A DNA stretch of 31,783 nucleotides, taken from contig CAYWJO010000040.1 of NCBI GenBank assembly GCA_964458565.1, positions 1-31,783 on the forward strand, written 5' to 3'. Below are positions 8,478 to 17,334 of the stretch, piece by piece. Position numbers and translations under genes: made by a program. Position 1 is the stretch's first letter. Every line of letters starts with the position of its first letter. The notes below the pieces were generated by a model that was not told the DNA's origin, did no database searches, and saw only the letters and a program-made list of their open reading frames with translations. Source of the stretch: an uncultured archaeon (GTDB taxonomy: Archaea; Asgardarchaeota; Thorarchaeia; Thorarchaeales; Thorarchaeaceae).

Positions 8478-9284
8478 GTGTATTCAATGTATGATGTCGA
8501 GATAATCCCTACAGAATTTCAATCAGAGGGTGAGACAATCATTGGTGATTTTGTAGTTCCACATCGAAGAGGTCCGTTTCCAGGTATCTGTAAATTTCAC
8601 GGGCTCCCTGGTGGTCCTGACCAAGTACGTGGAGTCGCAACTAGCCTAGCAAAGAATGGATTTGCAGTGCTAACTTTCGATTTCAGAGGTTTCCGGAAGA
8701 GTGAGGGGCAGTTCTCATTATCAGGAGAGATAAAAGACGCAAGAGCTGCTGTAAGTCACCTAGTTGAATCGGAATTGACATCAGGCTTGTGGGTTGGAGT
8801 ATATGGTGCTAGTTATGGTGGTGCAGTTGCTGTCTGCAGTGCAGCTCTGGATAATAGAATGAAGAGTATTTGTCTCAGAGCTCCCGTCTACGATACCTAC
8901 TGGTTTGCAACCTCCCCAATGATTCAACCTGCTGTCAAAAACACCATCGAAACAGACCCCACACAGATACGAGGAATTGAAGACCCAATCGTTCGAAAAA
9001 AGATCCTTGAGAGAATGGTTGAGGAAGCAAAGATCCACAATCCAATAAATGAGATATCAAAGATAGCTCCTAGGTCTCTGATGTTCATTCATGGAACTGA
9101 TGATGTAGCCATCAACCTGGCTGGTGTTAAACGGCTGTATGAATTAGCTGGGAATCCAAAGGAATTCAGTCTTGTAGAGGGTGCAGATCATGAGTTATCT
9201 GATCCGAAAGCATATGAATTAACAAAAAGCATCATAGTTGATTGGTTTAGGAAACAACACCAGATCTATTCACAGAATCAGTAG
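8478..9284 (+). CDS. Alpha/beta-fold serine hydrolase (S9/acyl-esterase-like)
   Basis: HGLPG oxyanion region, FDFRG, nucleophile elbow GASYGG, HGTDD (Asp) and GADH (His). ATG at 8487 is a likely start. Confidence 0.9.
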   Translation: MYSMYDVEIIPTEFQSEGETIIGDFVVPHRRGPFPGICKFHGLPGGPDQVRGVATSLAKNGFAVLTFDFRGFRKSEGQFSLSGEIKDARAAVSHLVESELTSGLWVGVYGASYGGAVAVCSAALDNRMKSICLRAPVYDTYWFATSPMIQPAVKNTIETDPTQIRGIEDPIVRKKILERMVEEAKIHNPINEISKIAPRSLMFIHGTDDVAINLAGVKRLYELAGNPKEFSLVEGADHELSDPKAYELTKSIIVDWFRKQHQIYSQNQ

Positions 9285-9319
9285 TTATAATTACCCGTTA
9301 GAGTTTTGTCCGTTTCATA

Positions 9320-9946
9320 ATGACAAGTAATCAATCCCTTGAATCTCTTTTGACTGATATGATATCTCAAGATCCTATGATTACCAGATTTCCCCCTTTC
9401 CAAGGTAGTACTGTTGTCATTCAACAGCAATCACTTTCTGGTACTAGGACAAATATTGAATTTACATACAATTGCGAGTACAATTTCTCCACCACCGAGT
9501 TTGGAAGGTTCTATGGATACAAGACTATGATGATGTTTGTAGGTCAGGTGATACTTGAGAATGAACGAAACTTGATTGACTTGGATTTGAGTCTGAAGGA
9601 AGTTCATTATCAATTGAAAACCAATTCAGACCTCTCTAATTCTGACAAGTATATCGAAGAGTACAAACCGTTTCAAGATGCCTTGTTCTCAACACTTGCT
9701 AGAGCTATTCATGAGTCATCAGAGAAAGGGCCTCCTGAGTTTTGTCAGTTTGATGAAATATATGTAGAAAGTATCGATCTTGCTCCTGATGACACCAAGA
9801 CTTACCATATCATGTATCAATTTGACCATGATGGATTTTCGATGTACGATAAGACTCAGGATTTTAGTGGGACGGTCGTCGTTGATTGTGAAGGAACGGT
9901 GGTTTCATCAAATCTTGAAACAGTTCGAGTCGGAATTGGGTTATAA
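9320..9946 (+). CDS. Hypothetical protein with apparent internal duplication
   Basis: 208-aa ORF filling the gap; two similar halves (see findings). Confidence 0.75.
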   Translation: MTSNQSLESLLTDMISQDPMITRFPPFQGSTVVIQQQSLSGTRTNIEFTYNCEYNFSTTEFGRFYGYKTMMMFVGQVILENERNLIDLDLSLKEVHYQLKTNSDLSNSDKYIEEYKPFQDALFSTLARAIHESSEKGPPEFCQFDEIYVESIDLAPDDTKTYHIMYQFDHDGFSMYDKTQDFSGTVVVDCEGTVVSSNLETVRVGIGL

Positions 9947-9962
9947 TTGAAGGAACAGTTTC

Positions 9963-12900
9963 CTACCTCTCTAGCCTTTTAATCCATTGTTCAGCCATCT
10001 TACGAACTTCAACATCCTCATCTTTCAACAGTCCTTTCAAAGCTGGCAAGACTCGTTTACTCTTGAATTGCGCCAGATAGCTGGTCACAACCACTCTGAC
10101 CTTGGGGTGTTCGTCATCTACCATTCCCAACAGTCTCTCAAGTGCCAAACGACCACCAATCTTTCCTATACCCGCTGCAGCATTCAATCGGGTCATCCAG
10201 AATTCGTCCTTCGTGGCTTTTAGAAGGTCCTTTAGACAACGTTTGTCAGGCATTTCAGCAAGTGCCCATGCTGAGTTGCATCTAACTAAATCATTCTCAT
10301 CCTGTAGGGTCTTCAATAGAGTATCTATTGCCCTCCTATCTCCGATTCTCCCCAGTGCACCTGCTGAGCCCTCTCGTAGCATCCAGAACTCATCCTTGTC
10401 TTGAAGGATTCCTAGCAGACGATCAAATGCCAATCCCCCAAAATCTCCCAAGGCGATTTGTGCTTCAAGCTGAACCTCTTCATCTTCATTTCTGAGTTGT
10501 TGAATTAACTCCTCTATGACCTCTGGTTCATGGAGTTCGTATTGTACCCTTTCCGTATAACCCCAGGAATGCCGCTCCTGACCCATCATTTGCGTTATCT
10601 CTTCAATACCTTCCTCTACCAATTTGCGCATCTCGGGGTCCTCATCATCCTGGTAAGACTTCAAAGCTGCAAGTGCTTTCTTTCCTCCAAATAGTCGAAG
10701 TCCATCTACCGCATTATATCGGACACGGTCAACCTCATCTGATAGAGATTGTATGAGTTTCTCAATAATCAGCTCCTGAGTATCTGATGATTCTCGATAT
10801 ATCTGTGCAAGCTTGACGAACCCATACGTAGCATTCAATCTAAACTCCCATGCAGGATTATCCGCCGCCTCAAGGAGAGGTTCTGCAACACGACCATCAT
10901 ATGTTATGGATAATGCATATACTGCATTGTATCGTACTGGAAAATACTCATCAGTAGTCATAGATTTTGTCAGTGCCTTGATTACTATCGCAGCAAGTTT
11001 CTCAGGCGAAGGTCTAGCCAATCTAAGGTTCCCAAGGGCCCAGGCTGCATTCTGTCTCACTACTGGATGCTTATCTGTGAGAGCCTTCAACAAAGGTTTT
11101 GCAGATTGAGTATGACGTAGACGACCTAGAGCAACTGCAGCACCCATTCGTGTACGATAGCTCGTGCTCCTGAGAGCATCTATGACCTTTGGAACTACAC
11201 TCTCACCCATCGATCCTAACCCGAAGGCTGCGTTCTCTCGGATTTTATAATGGCTATCCTCTAAGGCTTCTATCAACAAGGGAATCTCTACTGGAAGTCC
11301 AATCTTCCACATCTGTGTTACCGCTTTCTTACGAGAGTTAGTATCAACTGAGAAATCTGTCAATAATTCATCAAGTGCTAGAAGATCTGTGACAATCTTC
11401 TTACTCTTACTTTCAAGCTTCCTTTCTGAAGCAGCCTTTAACAAAGATCTGATGGACATGAGATGCTTATGAGAGATTAGAATCGTTTTGAAAAGTTTGA
11501 AGTAATCCTCCATCTCATTATCTGTAATCTGCTCCGTTTTTCTTCTCTTCAATAACGAGACTAGTTCATCACCCAAATCAATACCAGACATTACGAAACT
11601 TTCTATGGTCTTAAGGAATCCATCCTGAATGTAGCTCCTCTTGGCTGCCAGATATTCACGAAATGTTAATCTGATTACTTCTAAGATTGGTATACATCTC
11701 AAAGCCTCAGCTGCTGCTCTTCGTCTGTAATCTTGTTGATTTTCGTCAGTATAGATTGCTATGATTGCTTCAGCTATCCTCACGTCTGTGAAAGTAACAT
11801 CTGACTCGGCAAGTGGTGTAAGAATTCTCCCACGGTGATACTCGTCAGAATCCATCATAGATTTTATGATGGCTTCAATAGCTACATCTTTCATTTTGAT
11901 GAGCTTTTCCCATTCTGCCTTTGCAAACAAATATCGTGCTTTCTCTTCAGGAGTTGATGGTGTCCAACCAAGTGCTTCTAGTGTTTCAGCTGCGTCCTCA
12001 CGTACCCATGCGTGATTGGCAATTAGGGTATCAACAAGTGGCTCAATAGCACGTTTGTCTGCTAGTTCTTTTAATGTATCAACTGCTGCTCTTTGAACAT
12101 CTATGTCTTCAGCCTGGAGATTCTTGATAATGCTCTCAATAGCCACTGAGCCTCCCGACCTGCCTAATGCATAGATTATCATTGTTCGGACTTTCGGATT
12201 ATCTATGCTGATTGCTTCATGCAATATCTTGGCTCCTTTTTTTCCACCAATCGCTCCTATGATTCCCGCTGCAGCCATGCCATGCGATTCATTCTCAGAA
12301 TTTATTATAGGGGCTAGGGAGTCTAGAGCTGGTTCGCCAATCTCAATGAGCGCGTACGTCACAGAACTACGAGGAGAATATTTACTCTCGGTGAACTTCA
12401 CTATAAGTTTCCGAATCGCTTTCTCTCCCCCAATCTTACCAAGTGCTTCGATTCCCTTTTCTTGAACATATATAGATTCATCATCTACGACGTTGATTAG
12501 AAATGGATCTACTGCACGAGGGTCTCCCATTCGTCCAAGTAGTATAGATGCAACTTCCCGAACAAATGGATTCTCATCTTCCACTAACTTGATGAGAGCG
12601 TCAAACGATCTGTCTTTAAACACACTCAGGTCTAATTCCTGACCTGTTGTTTGAGCTACTGGGGAAACATCTTGGAATGTGCGAGAAGACTGAACACGGA
12701 GCTTGACAATGCCATCAGGAGAAACATCATTCACCCATCGTCCAGAGTGCACACCCCAGCTTCCGACATCTGTATACTCCTGATTGTATCCGACATGAAA
12801 CAATGCCCATTCGTACAAGTCCACTAACTTAGAAACTGTCTTAGGAGCTGTCTTTCTATCTCCAATCCAATCATGATAGGTGTGTGCTGAATAAGGGTCT

Positions 12901-13136
12901 CCACTTACCCGATCTGTGGATGGGTCCCAAGTTCTACCCTCATAATCTGCTCTGGAAGTGACCCATATCCATTGGCTTCTCTCTTTTGCATCAATTGAAG
13001 CTGTAGGTGGGCCATCTTCTTCAAAACTTGCATAGCCCCCTCCATAGTCTCCTGTGACATTCACAACCTCACTGATTAACTCAGACACAATGGATTTTTC
13101 GAATTTCATGTTGATTTTCCCTTTCGCGATTGCCAA
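9963..13136 (-). CDS. Large HEAT-repeat (PBS lyase HEAT-like) alpha-solenoid protein with unknown N-terminal domain
   Basis: Many L..D....VR..AA.ALG...D.RA...L repeats in N- and C-terminal blocks. Start is TTG 13136 or ATG 13109. Confidence 0.92.
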   Translation of the reverse strand: MAIAKGKINMKFEKSIVSELISEVVNVTGDYGGGYASFEEDGPPTASIDAKERSQWIWVTSRADYEGRTWDPSTDRVSGDPYSAHTYHDWIGDRKTAPKTVSKLVDLYEWALFHVGYNQEYTDVGSWGVHSGRWVNDVSPDGIVKLRVQSSRTFQDVSPVAQTTGQELDLSVFKDRSFDALIKLVEDENPFVREVASILLGRMGDPRAVDPFLINVVDDESIYVQEKGIEALGKIGGEKAIRKLIVKFTESKYSPRSSVTYALIEIGEPALDSLAPIINSENESHGMAAAGIIGAIGGKKGAKILHEAISIDNPKVRTMIIYALGRSGGSVAIESIIKNLQAEDIDVQRAAVDTLKELADKRAIEPLVDTLIANHAWVREDAAETLEALGWTPSTPEEKARYLFAKAEWEKLIKMKDVAIEAIIKSMMDSDEYHRGRILTPLAESDVTFTDVRIAEAIIAIYTDENQQDYRRRAAAEALRCIPILEVIRLTFREYLAAKRSYIQDGFLKTIESFVMSGIDLGDELVSLLKRRKTEQITDNEMEDYFKLFKTILISHKHLMSIRSLLKAASERKLESKSKKIVTDLLALDELLTDFSVDTNSRKKAVTQMWKIGLPVEIPLLIEALEDSHYKIRENAAFGLGSMGESVVPKVIDALRSTSYRTRMGAAVALGRLRHTQSAKPLLKALTDKHPVVRQNAAWALGNLRLARPSPEKLAAIVIKALTKSMTTDEYFPVRYNAVYALSITYDGRVAEPLLEAADNPAWEFRLNATYGFVKLAQIYRESSDTQELIIEKLIQSLSDEVDRVRYNAVDGLRLFGGKKALAALKSYQDDEDPEMRKLVEEGIEEITQMMGQERHSWGYTERVQYELHEPEVIEELIQQLRNEDEEVQLEAQIALGDFGGLAFDRLLGILQDKDEFWMLREGSAGALGRIGDRRAIDTLLKTLQDENDLVRCNSAWALAEMPDKRCLKDLLKATKDEFWMTRLNAAAGIGKIGGRLALERLLGMVDDEHPKVRVVVTSYLAQFKSKRVLPALKGLLKDEDVEVRKMAEQWIKRLER

Positions 13137-13227
13137 ATATCTAGTGTCGTCTGATGACTTATCAATCTGTGGAAGATAATTAAAATGAAACTCCTATTGG
13201 AGTCACTTGCCAGATGTCTAAACTAAA

Positions 13228-14139
13228 TCATTGCTTCGACCAAGTGTATAATGGATACTCATCCACTTCTTCGAAACCCAGTTCAATATAAAGGTCTTTA
13301 GCAGGATTTCCTTCTGTGACATCCAATGTGATAGTTTGCATTTGTTCCATCTCTAACAGACTGTGATTGAATGCATATATGAGTAAGTTCCGAGCTAATC
13401 CTTTTCTTCGAACGTCTTTATCAACACAGACTTCAGCAATATGTCCTCTGTCCTCGGAATTGAATATGATCAAACATAAGCCAACTGGTTCCTCATTATG
13501 GAGAATCACTTTCGAAAATGGATAGAATAGCATTTCTTCAATGCTTTCCAAGAATTGATTGGTTACTTCTATTGAACCAAAGAAATCTGGAAATGTAATG
13601 GCTTCTTGATGACCCATGTTTGCTCTATAGATCAGGTCTGCCACATCTCTCCGCATTGCTGGGTTGTAGGCTCCAATTTTGAATCCTTCGGGCAACTCTG
13701 GTTTAGGTAGCAATTTGATTTTTGATCTATCAAGTTTCATCGAGGTACGAACATACTTCTTGAATCCTTTACTAATGATATACGCCTCAGCAGTAGAATC
13801 GAGATTTACCCCTCCAGTTCTTATGACATCTGTCTTTTGGGAGAGGCTTTCAAATGCCTCATCAAATAGTCTTCCTCTAATCGCATCTATTTCAGATATT
13901 GAAGAATCAACATGGATTATTCCAATCTTTTTAGAAACTGGATAGTTCATTACAAATCCCACTGCTTGTCCTTCCCGAAATAGTGCAAAAACCTCTGCAT
14001 CACCTTTCGATATCCAATCCAGTATATCATCTTTTACAGACTCTGAGAGTGCATTGGGTGTGTCCTTTCTTTCTTTTACTAGGTCATCTAACAGGGGACC
14101 TATGTCATGAAAGGACTCAACGGTGATTTGTTTAATCAT
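13228..14139 (-). CDS. GNAT family N-acetyltransferase (tandem-GNAT size)
   Basis: Acetyl-CoA motif VDKDVRRKGLARNL and C-terminal LDVTEGNPAKDLYIELGF; GGTGA RBS. Confidence 0.88.
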   Translation of the reverse strand: MIKQITVESFHDIGPLLDDLVKERKDTPNALSESVKDDILDWISKGDAEVFALFREGQAVGFVMNYPVSKKIGIIHVDSSISEIDAIRGRLFDEAFESLSQKTDVIRTGGVNLDSTAEAYIISKGFKKYVRTSMKLDRSKIKLLPKPELPEGFKIGAYNPAMRRDVADLIYRANMGHQEAITFPDFFGSIEVTNQFLESIEEMLFYPFSKVILHNEEPVGLCLIIFNSEDRGHIAEVCVDKDVRRKGLARNLLIYAFNHSLLEMEQMQTITLDVTEGNPAKDLYIELGFEEVDEYPLYTWSKQ

Positions 14140-14247
14140 GGAATATTCACCAATTTCAAGATAGTTTCGATTTTGAATGAATAAATCCCTTCTTGATACA
14201 GCAGCCTGAATCGTCTCATTATATTTGAAAGTGGATATATTTCCATG

Positions 14248-15101
14248 CTATTTCTGCTTCAGATGAGCATCTATCATGTCGTCCCTGAAGTCTGGAAAGA
14301 AGAACCACTCGGGAACTATCACTTGTTCTTCGATTTGACACTCCTCGACAACATTCAGGATTTCATGTCTGATATCTGCGACTCTTTTTGGTGATTCTAC
14401 TACAAAAACAACCATAATCTCAGCTTCATTTGCTGCTCGATATATTACCCAATATTCTTCAGGAAAGTTTTGTCTAAACAAGAGATCGATTTGGTAGAAG
14501 TCCTTTTGAACAATGATTGAACTTTTCAACTTCAGCATAACTACAAATCCTCGATTGCTAGCAGCTGGATTGACCTGAATTGTTTCATGAATGATTCCAT
14601 GTTTTCTCATGAACTCCAGTCGCTTTCTAACAGTTGGAACCGACGCTCCAACATCTGCTGCAATATCTCCAAGAGATTTCCTACCATTCCAACTTAGAGA
14701 TTTCAAGATATTCCAGTCTATACGTTTTAAGGCGTCTATTCCTTTTGATGATGACTCTACTGGGGCTGGTAATGCAACCAATGGTATTGCCCTGGCACCG
14801 TTAACGAGCTGAGATGAATTGATGAAATCAATTGCTTGGGTGAGTTCTGTATTAGTCCTGTATACAACAATAGCAAATCCTTCCATCTCGTACCCTATTC
14901 CTAATGCCATAATAGATGGATGTTTTCCCAGTTTTGCTAGATCTTCTTGATATAGATCTGGCTTGATGTCGAGAATAATGATGGCAAAATTGGCGCTTAA
15001 ACTGTCAGATTCAGTTGTACTACGAAATTTACTATCACGCCTTCATCAACCAATGCTTCTACTCTGTTCTTGATAGTATTGAGCGAAACGTCAAATTTCT
15101 C
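14248..15101 (-). pseudogene. Tandem-HTH Lrp/AsnC-family regulator, 5'-truncated and frameshifted
   Basis: The ORF-track piece 14248-14910 holds the second HTH (IDWNILKSLSWNGRKSLGDIAADVGASVPTVRKRL) and stays open to ~15000. A different frame (15101-15000) encodes the rest of the first HTH, EKFDVSLNTIKNRVEALVDEGVIVNF, ending in TAA at 14997-14999. No start codon or first helices exist upstream (in-frame TGA at 15111-15113). Confidence 0.85.
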
Positions 15102-15103
15102 TG

Positions 15104-15211
15104 GCCTCGATCACGATTCCACTTCCAATCACTCTAGCTATCCATGCTGTAGCCTTCGTTGTGCTTTTCTTAGTATATAGATGGTTCCAGCTACAAGCAC
15201 AGAAAAGGTGA
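15104..15211 (+). pseudogene. 3' remnant of a membrane protein gene
   Basis: ASITIPLPITLAIHAVAFVVLFLVYRWFQLQAQKR*: a TM helix plus basic tail. No ATG, and an in-frame stop at 15080-15082. Its stop overlaps the AGGTGA RBS of the next gene. Confidence 0.55.
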
Positions 15212-15216
15212 GCGAA

Positions 15217-15384
15217 ATGATGGATTTAGGCACCTTAGGTCTTATCTTCTTCATCTCAATCATCCTTTGTGGTGTTGGTGCTGAAGTGGTCAAGCGTTAT
15301 CGACCAACCTTGAATAAGATATACATACACCTTCTCCATGTGTTCTATGGAATAGTTATTGTAATCCTGTACTTCTTGTTATAA
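15217..15384 (+). CDS. Small two-TM membrane protein (55 aa)
   Basis: AGGTGA RBS at 15206-15211, then ATG 15217 MMDLGTLGLIFFISIILCG...VFYGIVIVILYFLL. The ORF-track start at 15181 is probably too early. Confidence 0.65.
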   Translation: MMDLGTLGLIFFISIILCGVGAEVVKRYRPTLNKIYIHLLHVFYGIVIVILYFLL

Positions 15385-15389
15385 CATTC

Positions 15390-15430
15390 GAGAGGAACCT
15401 TGATTCCTCTCATTCTCTTTTATTCTTCAT
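15390..15430 (+). terminator. Hairpin GAGAGGAA-ccttga-TTCCTCTC followed by a pyrimidine/T-rich tract
   Basis: 8-bp perfect stem beginning 6 nt after the stop codon, followed by ATTCTCTTTTATTCTTC. Confidence 0.5.
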
Positions 15431-15541
15431 TCATTATATGTTGTGACAATGATAACATTGGACAGACTTGTTCTCGAAGCTTAAAATTAAATAAACTATT
15501 TAACTTGCTAAGAAAACAGTGTTGTCACTCAAACAGGTTAG

Positions 15542-17215
15542 GTGAATACATTGGGAGGTAAGTCGCGTATAGTAATCAGTCTTCTAATTATTGGAATAAT
15601 CGTAGTAAGTTCAATTGTCCTTTATATGAATTTCATTAATTCAGTGTCTACCACAACGAACACGACTACATCCACCACCACGACCACCACGACCACCACT
15701 CCAGAAGGTCCTATATTCAAGGGTGGAACTCTAACCCAAAACGAAACATGGTCTGGGTCAATCTTTGTGAATGAATCTATTCTTGTTCCTACAGGAATTA
15801 CATTGACTATTAATCCAGGTACGCGACTTATGTTTCAACCAAATCGAGGTTACAAAACCACCAAATCCGTTGGTTTTTCAGTTGCTGGAGGGACAGTTAT
15901 AGCTGTTGGAACCTCTGATCAACAAATATGGTTCACCTCAGACACAGATGCTCCTATAAATGGTGATTGGGGTGGTATTGAACTCCATAATACCAACTCA
16001 TCAATATTCAAGTATGTAATCATAGAGTTCGCTGGTCTGGGAATTGCGCAATTTGACTCAAACGTAACCATCAGTCACTCAATTGTGCGCTGGGTAAACC
16101 TAGAGGGCATCTACATGGAACGCTCCTCGCCTGTTATTGAATATAATTTGGTATACCAGAATGGGTACCACGAAATAGCACTCGAGCAATACAATCATGA
16201 TGTCATAATACGAAACAACATCTTTGCTGGTGGTCATGTACCATTCATCGTATTCGACTCAAGTGTGACTGTCGAAGGCAATTATTTCTATAATTACAAC
16301 ACCTCTACTTCTCCCGCGGTTTCAGTTGCGGGATTTGCTAATGCTACCGTAATCGGGAATAAATTTGATGGATTCAATAATGATTCTGCAATCCTGAAGT
16401 TGCAACCTATGAGTATTCTTACGAAATTTGGTAATGACTTTGGCAACGGAAGTGTCCCAATTCCAGACATTGGGTTTCCTGATAGCAAGACCTATGATCT
16501 AGGGTACACTCCCGGAGACCTTGTAGACCAATACATGTATGTTTATGACACTCTTGATGAAACTCGCAGGGCAGTGAGTAGAATCGGAACCGGATTGGGC
16601 TTTGGTTGGGCATTTGAATACGCCAACGGGTATCTCTGGAAACTAGAGACTGGCAACCTGGTTCAGATAGATCCGATTCTTGGTAACTCGACTGATTACC
16701 CTATCAACAGCAGTGTGATATTTGGACCCAGAGGTCTCTGTTACGATGGTGAATACTTCTGGGCACAAGACCACACTCTTCTGAAAATCGTTAAATTCAA
16801 GGTGAATGAATCCGGTGTTGTTATCTGCGACTCGTTTCCAATTCCAGAGAGTGAGACCGGTGGTCGTCAGTGCATAGCTACAGATGGCACATTCCTGTAC
16901 TTACCTGACAGAACTGGCTCAAGTCTATTCGAGATACACAAGAACGGAACTGTCAATCGAAAAATCTACGTGGGGCTAGATCTCGTTGGTCCGTTTACAT
17001 GGAATGGTACGCACTTCTGGTCTTCATATGGAAACATAATGGTTGCATGGACAAAAGAAGGGCAGATAGTTGGTAAAATTTATGATGTTGCAGCGGGATG
17101 TTCCGGTCTCACATGGGACGGGATGTACCTCTGGGGAATCTACAAGACTTGTGAGCTTTGGAATGACGCTAAGATATTCCAGATTGAGATATTGAATGAT
17201 TCTTGGATTACATGA
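15542..17215 (+). CDS. N-terminally anchored surface protein: Thr-rich linker, right-handed beta-helix, C-terminal beta-propeller
   Basis: TM segment followed by poly-Thr. GDWGGIEL and GI...SSPVIEYN parallel beta-helix repeats. Five repeats of the [YW]DG.[YF]LW type. Many N-x-S/T sequons. Confidence 0.85.
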   Translation: MNTLGGKSRIVISLLIIGIIVVSSIVLYMNFINSVSTTTNTTTSTTTTTTTTTPEGPIFKGGTLTQNETWSGSIFVNESILVPTGITLTINPGTRLMFQPNRGYKTTKSVGFSVAGGTVIAVGTSDQQIWFTSDTDAPINGDWGGIELHNTNSSIFKYVIIEFAGLGIAQFDSNVTISHSIVRWVNLEGIYMERSSPVIEYNLVYQNGYHEIALEQYNHDVIIRNNIFAGGHVPFIVFDSSVTVEGNYFYNYNTSTSPAVSVAGFANATVIGNKFDGFNNDSAILKLQPMSILTKFGNDFGNGSVPIPDIGFPDSKTYDLGYTPGDLVDQYMYVYDTLDETRRAVSRIGTGLGFGWAFEYANGYLWKLETGNLVQIDPILGNSTDYPINSSVIFGPRGLCYDGEYFWAQDHTLLKIVKFKVNESGVVICDSFPIPESETGGRQCIATDGTFLYLPDRTGSSLFEIHKNGTVNRKIYVGLDLVGPFTWNGTHFWSSYGNIMVAWTKEGQIVGKIYDVAAGCSGLTWDGMYLWGIYKTCELWNDAKIFQIEILNDSWIT

Positions 17216-17334
17216 TTAACACCATTCCAATAAAACAATGGAGTATTTCTATGTGAACCTGACTCCATGTTACGTCCATTGTTTTTCAATACTCCATTGA
17301 TAGATTAAATTCAAATATACTGAATATTGTAGAT

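Noticed and set aside
9987-12465. Plus-strand ORFs inside the HEAT gene
   Set aside because: Antisense shadows without motifs or RBS.
15487-15503. TTAAATA-aac-TATTTAA palindrome upstream of the 15542 gene
   Set aside because: AT-only and overlapping a probable TATA region; likely to occur by chance in AT-rich intergenic DNA.
15650-15700. ACC/ACG low-complexity run (also 24050-24160)
   Set aside because: Encodes Thr-rich linkers of surface proteins; synonymous variation argues against a phase-variable microsatellite.
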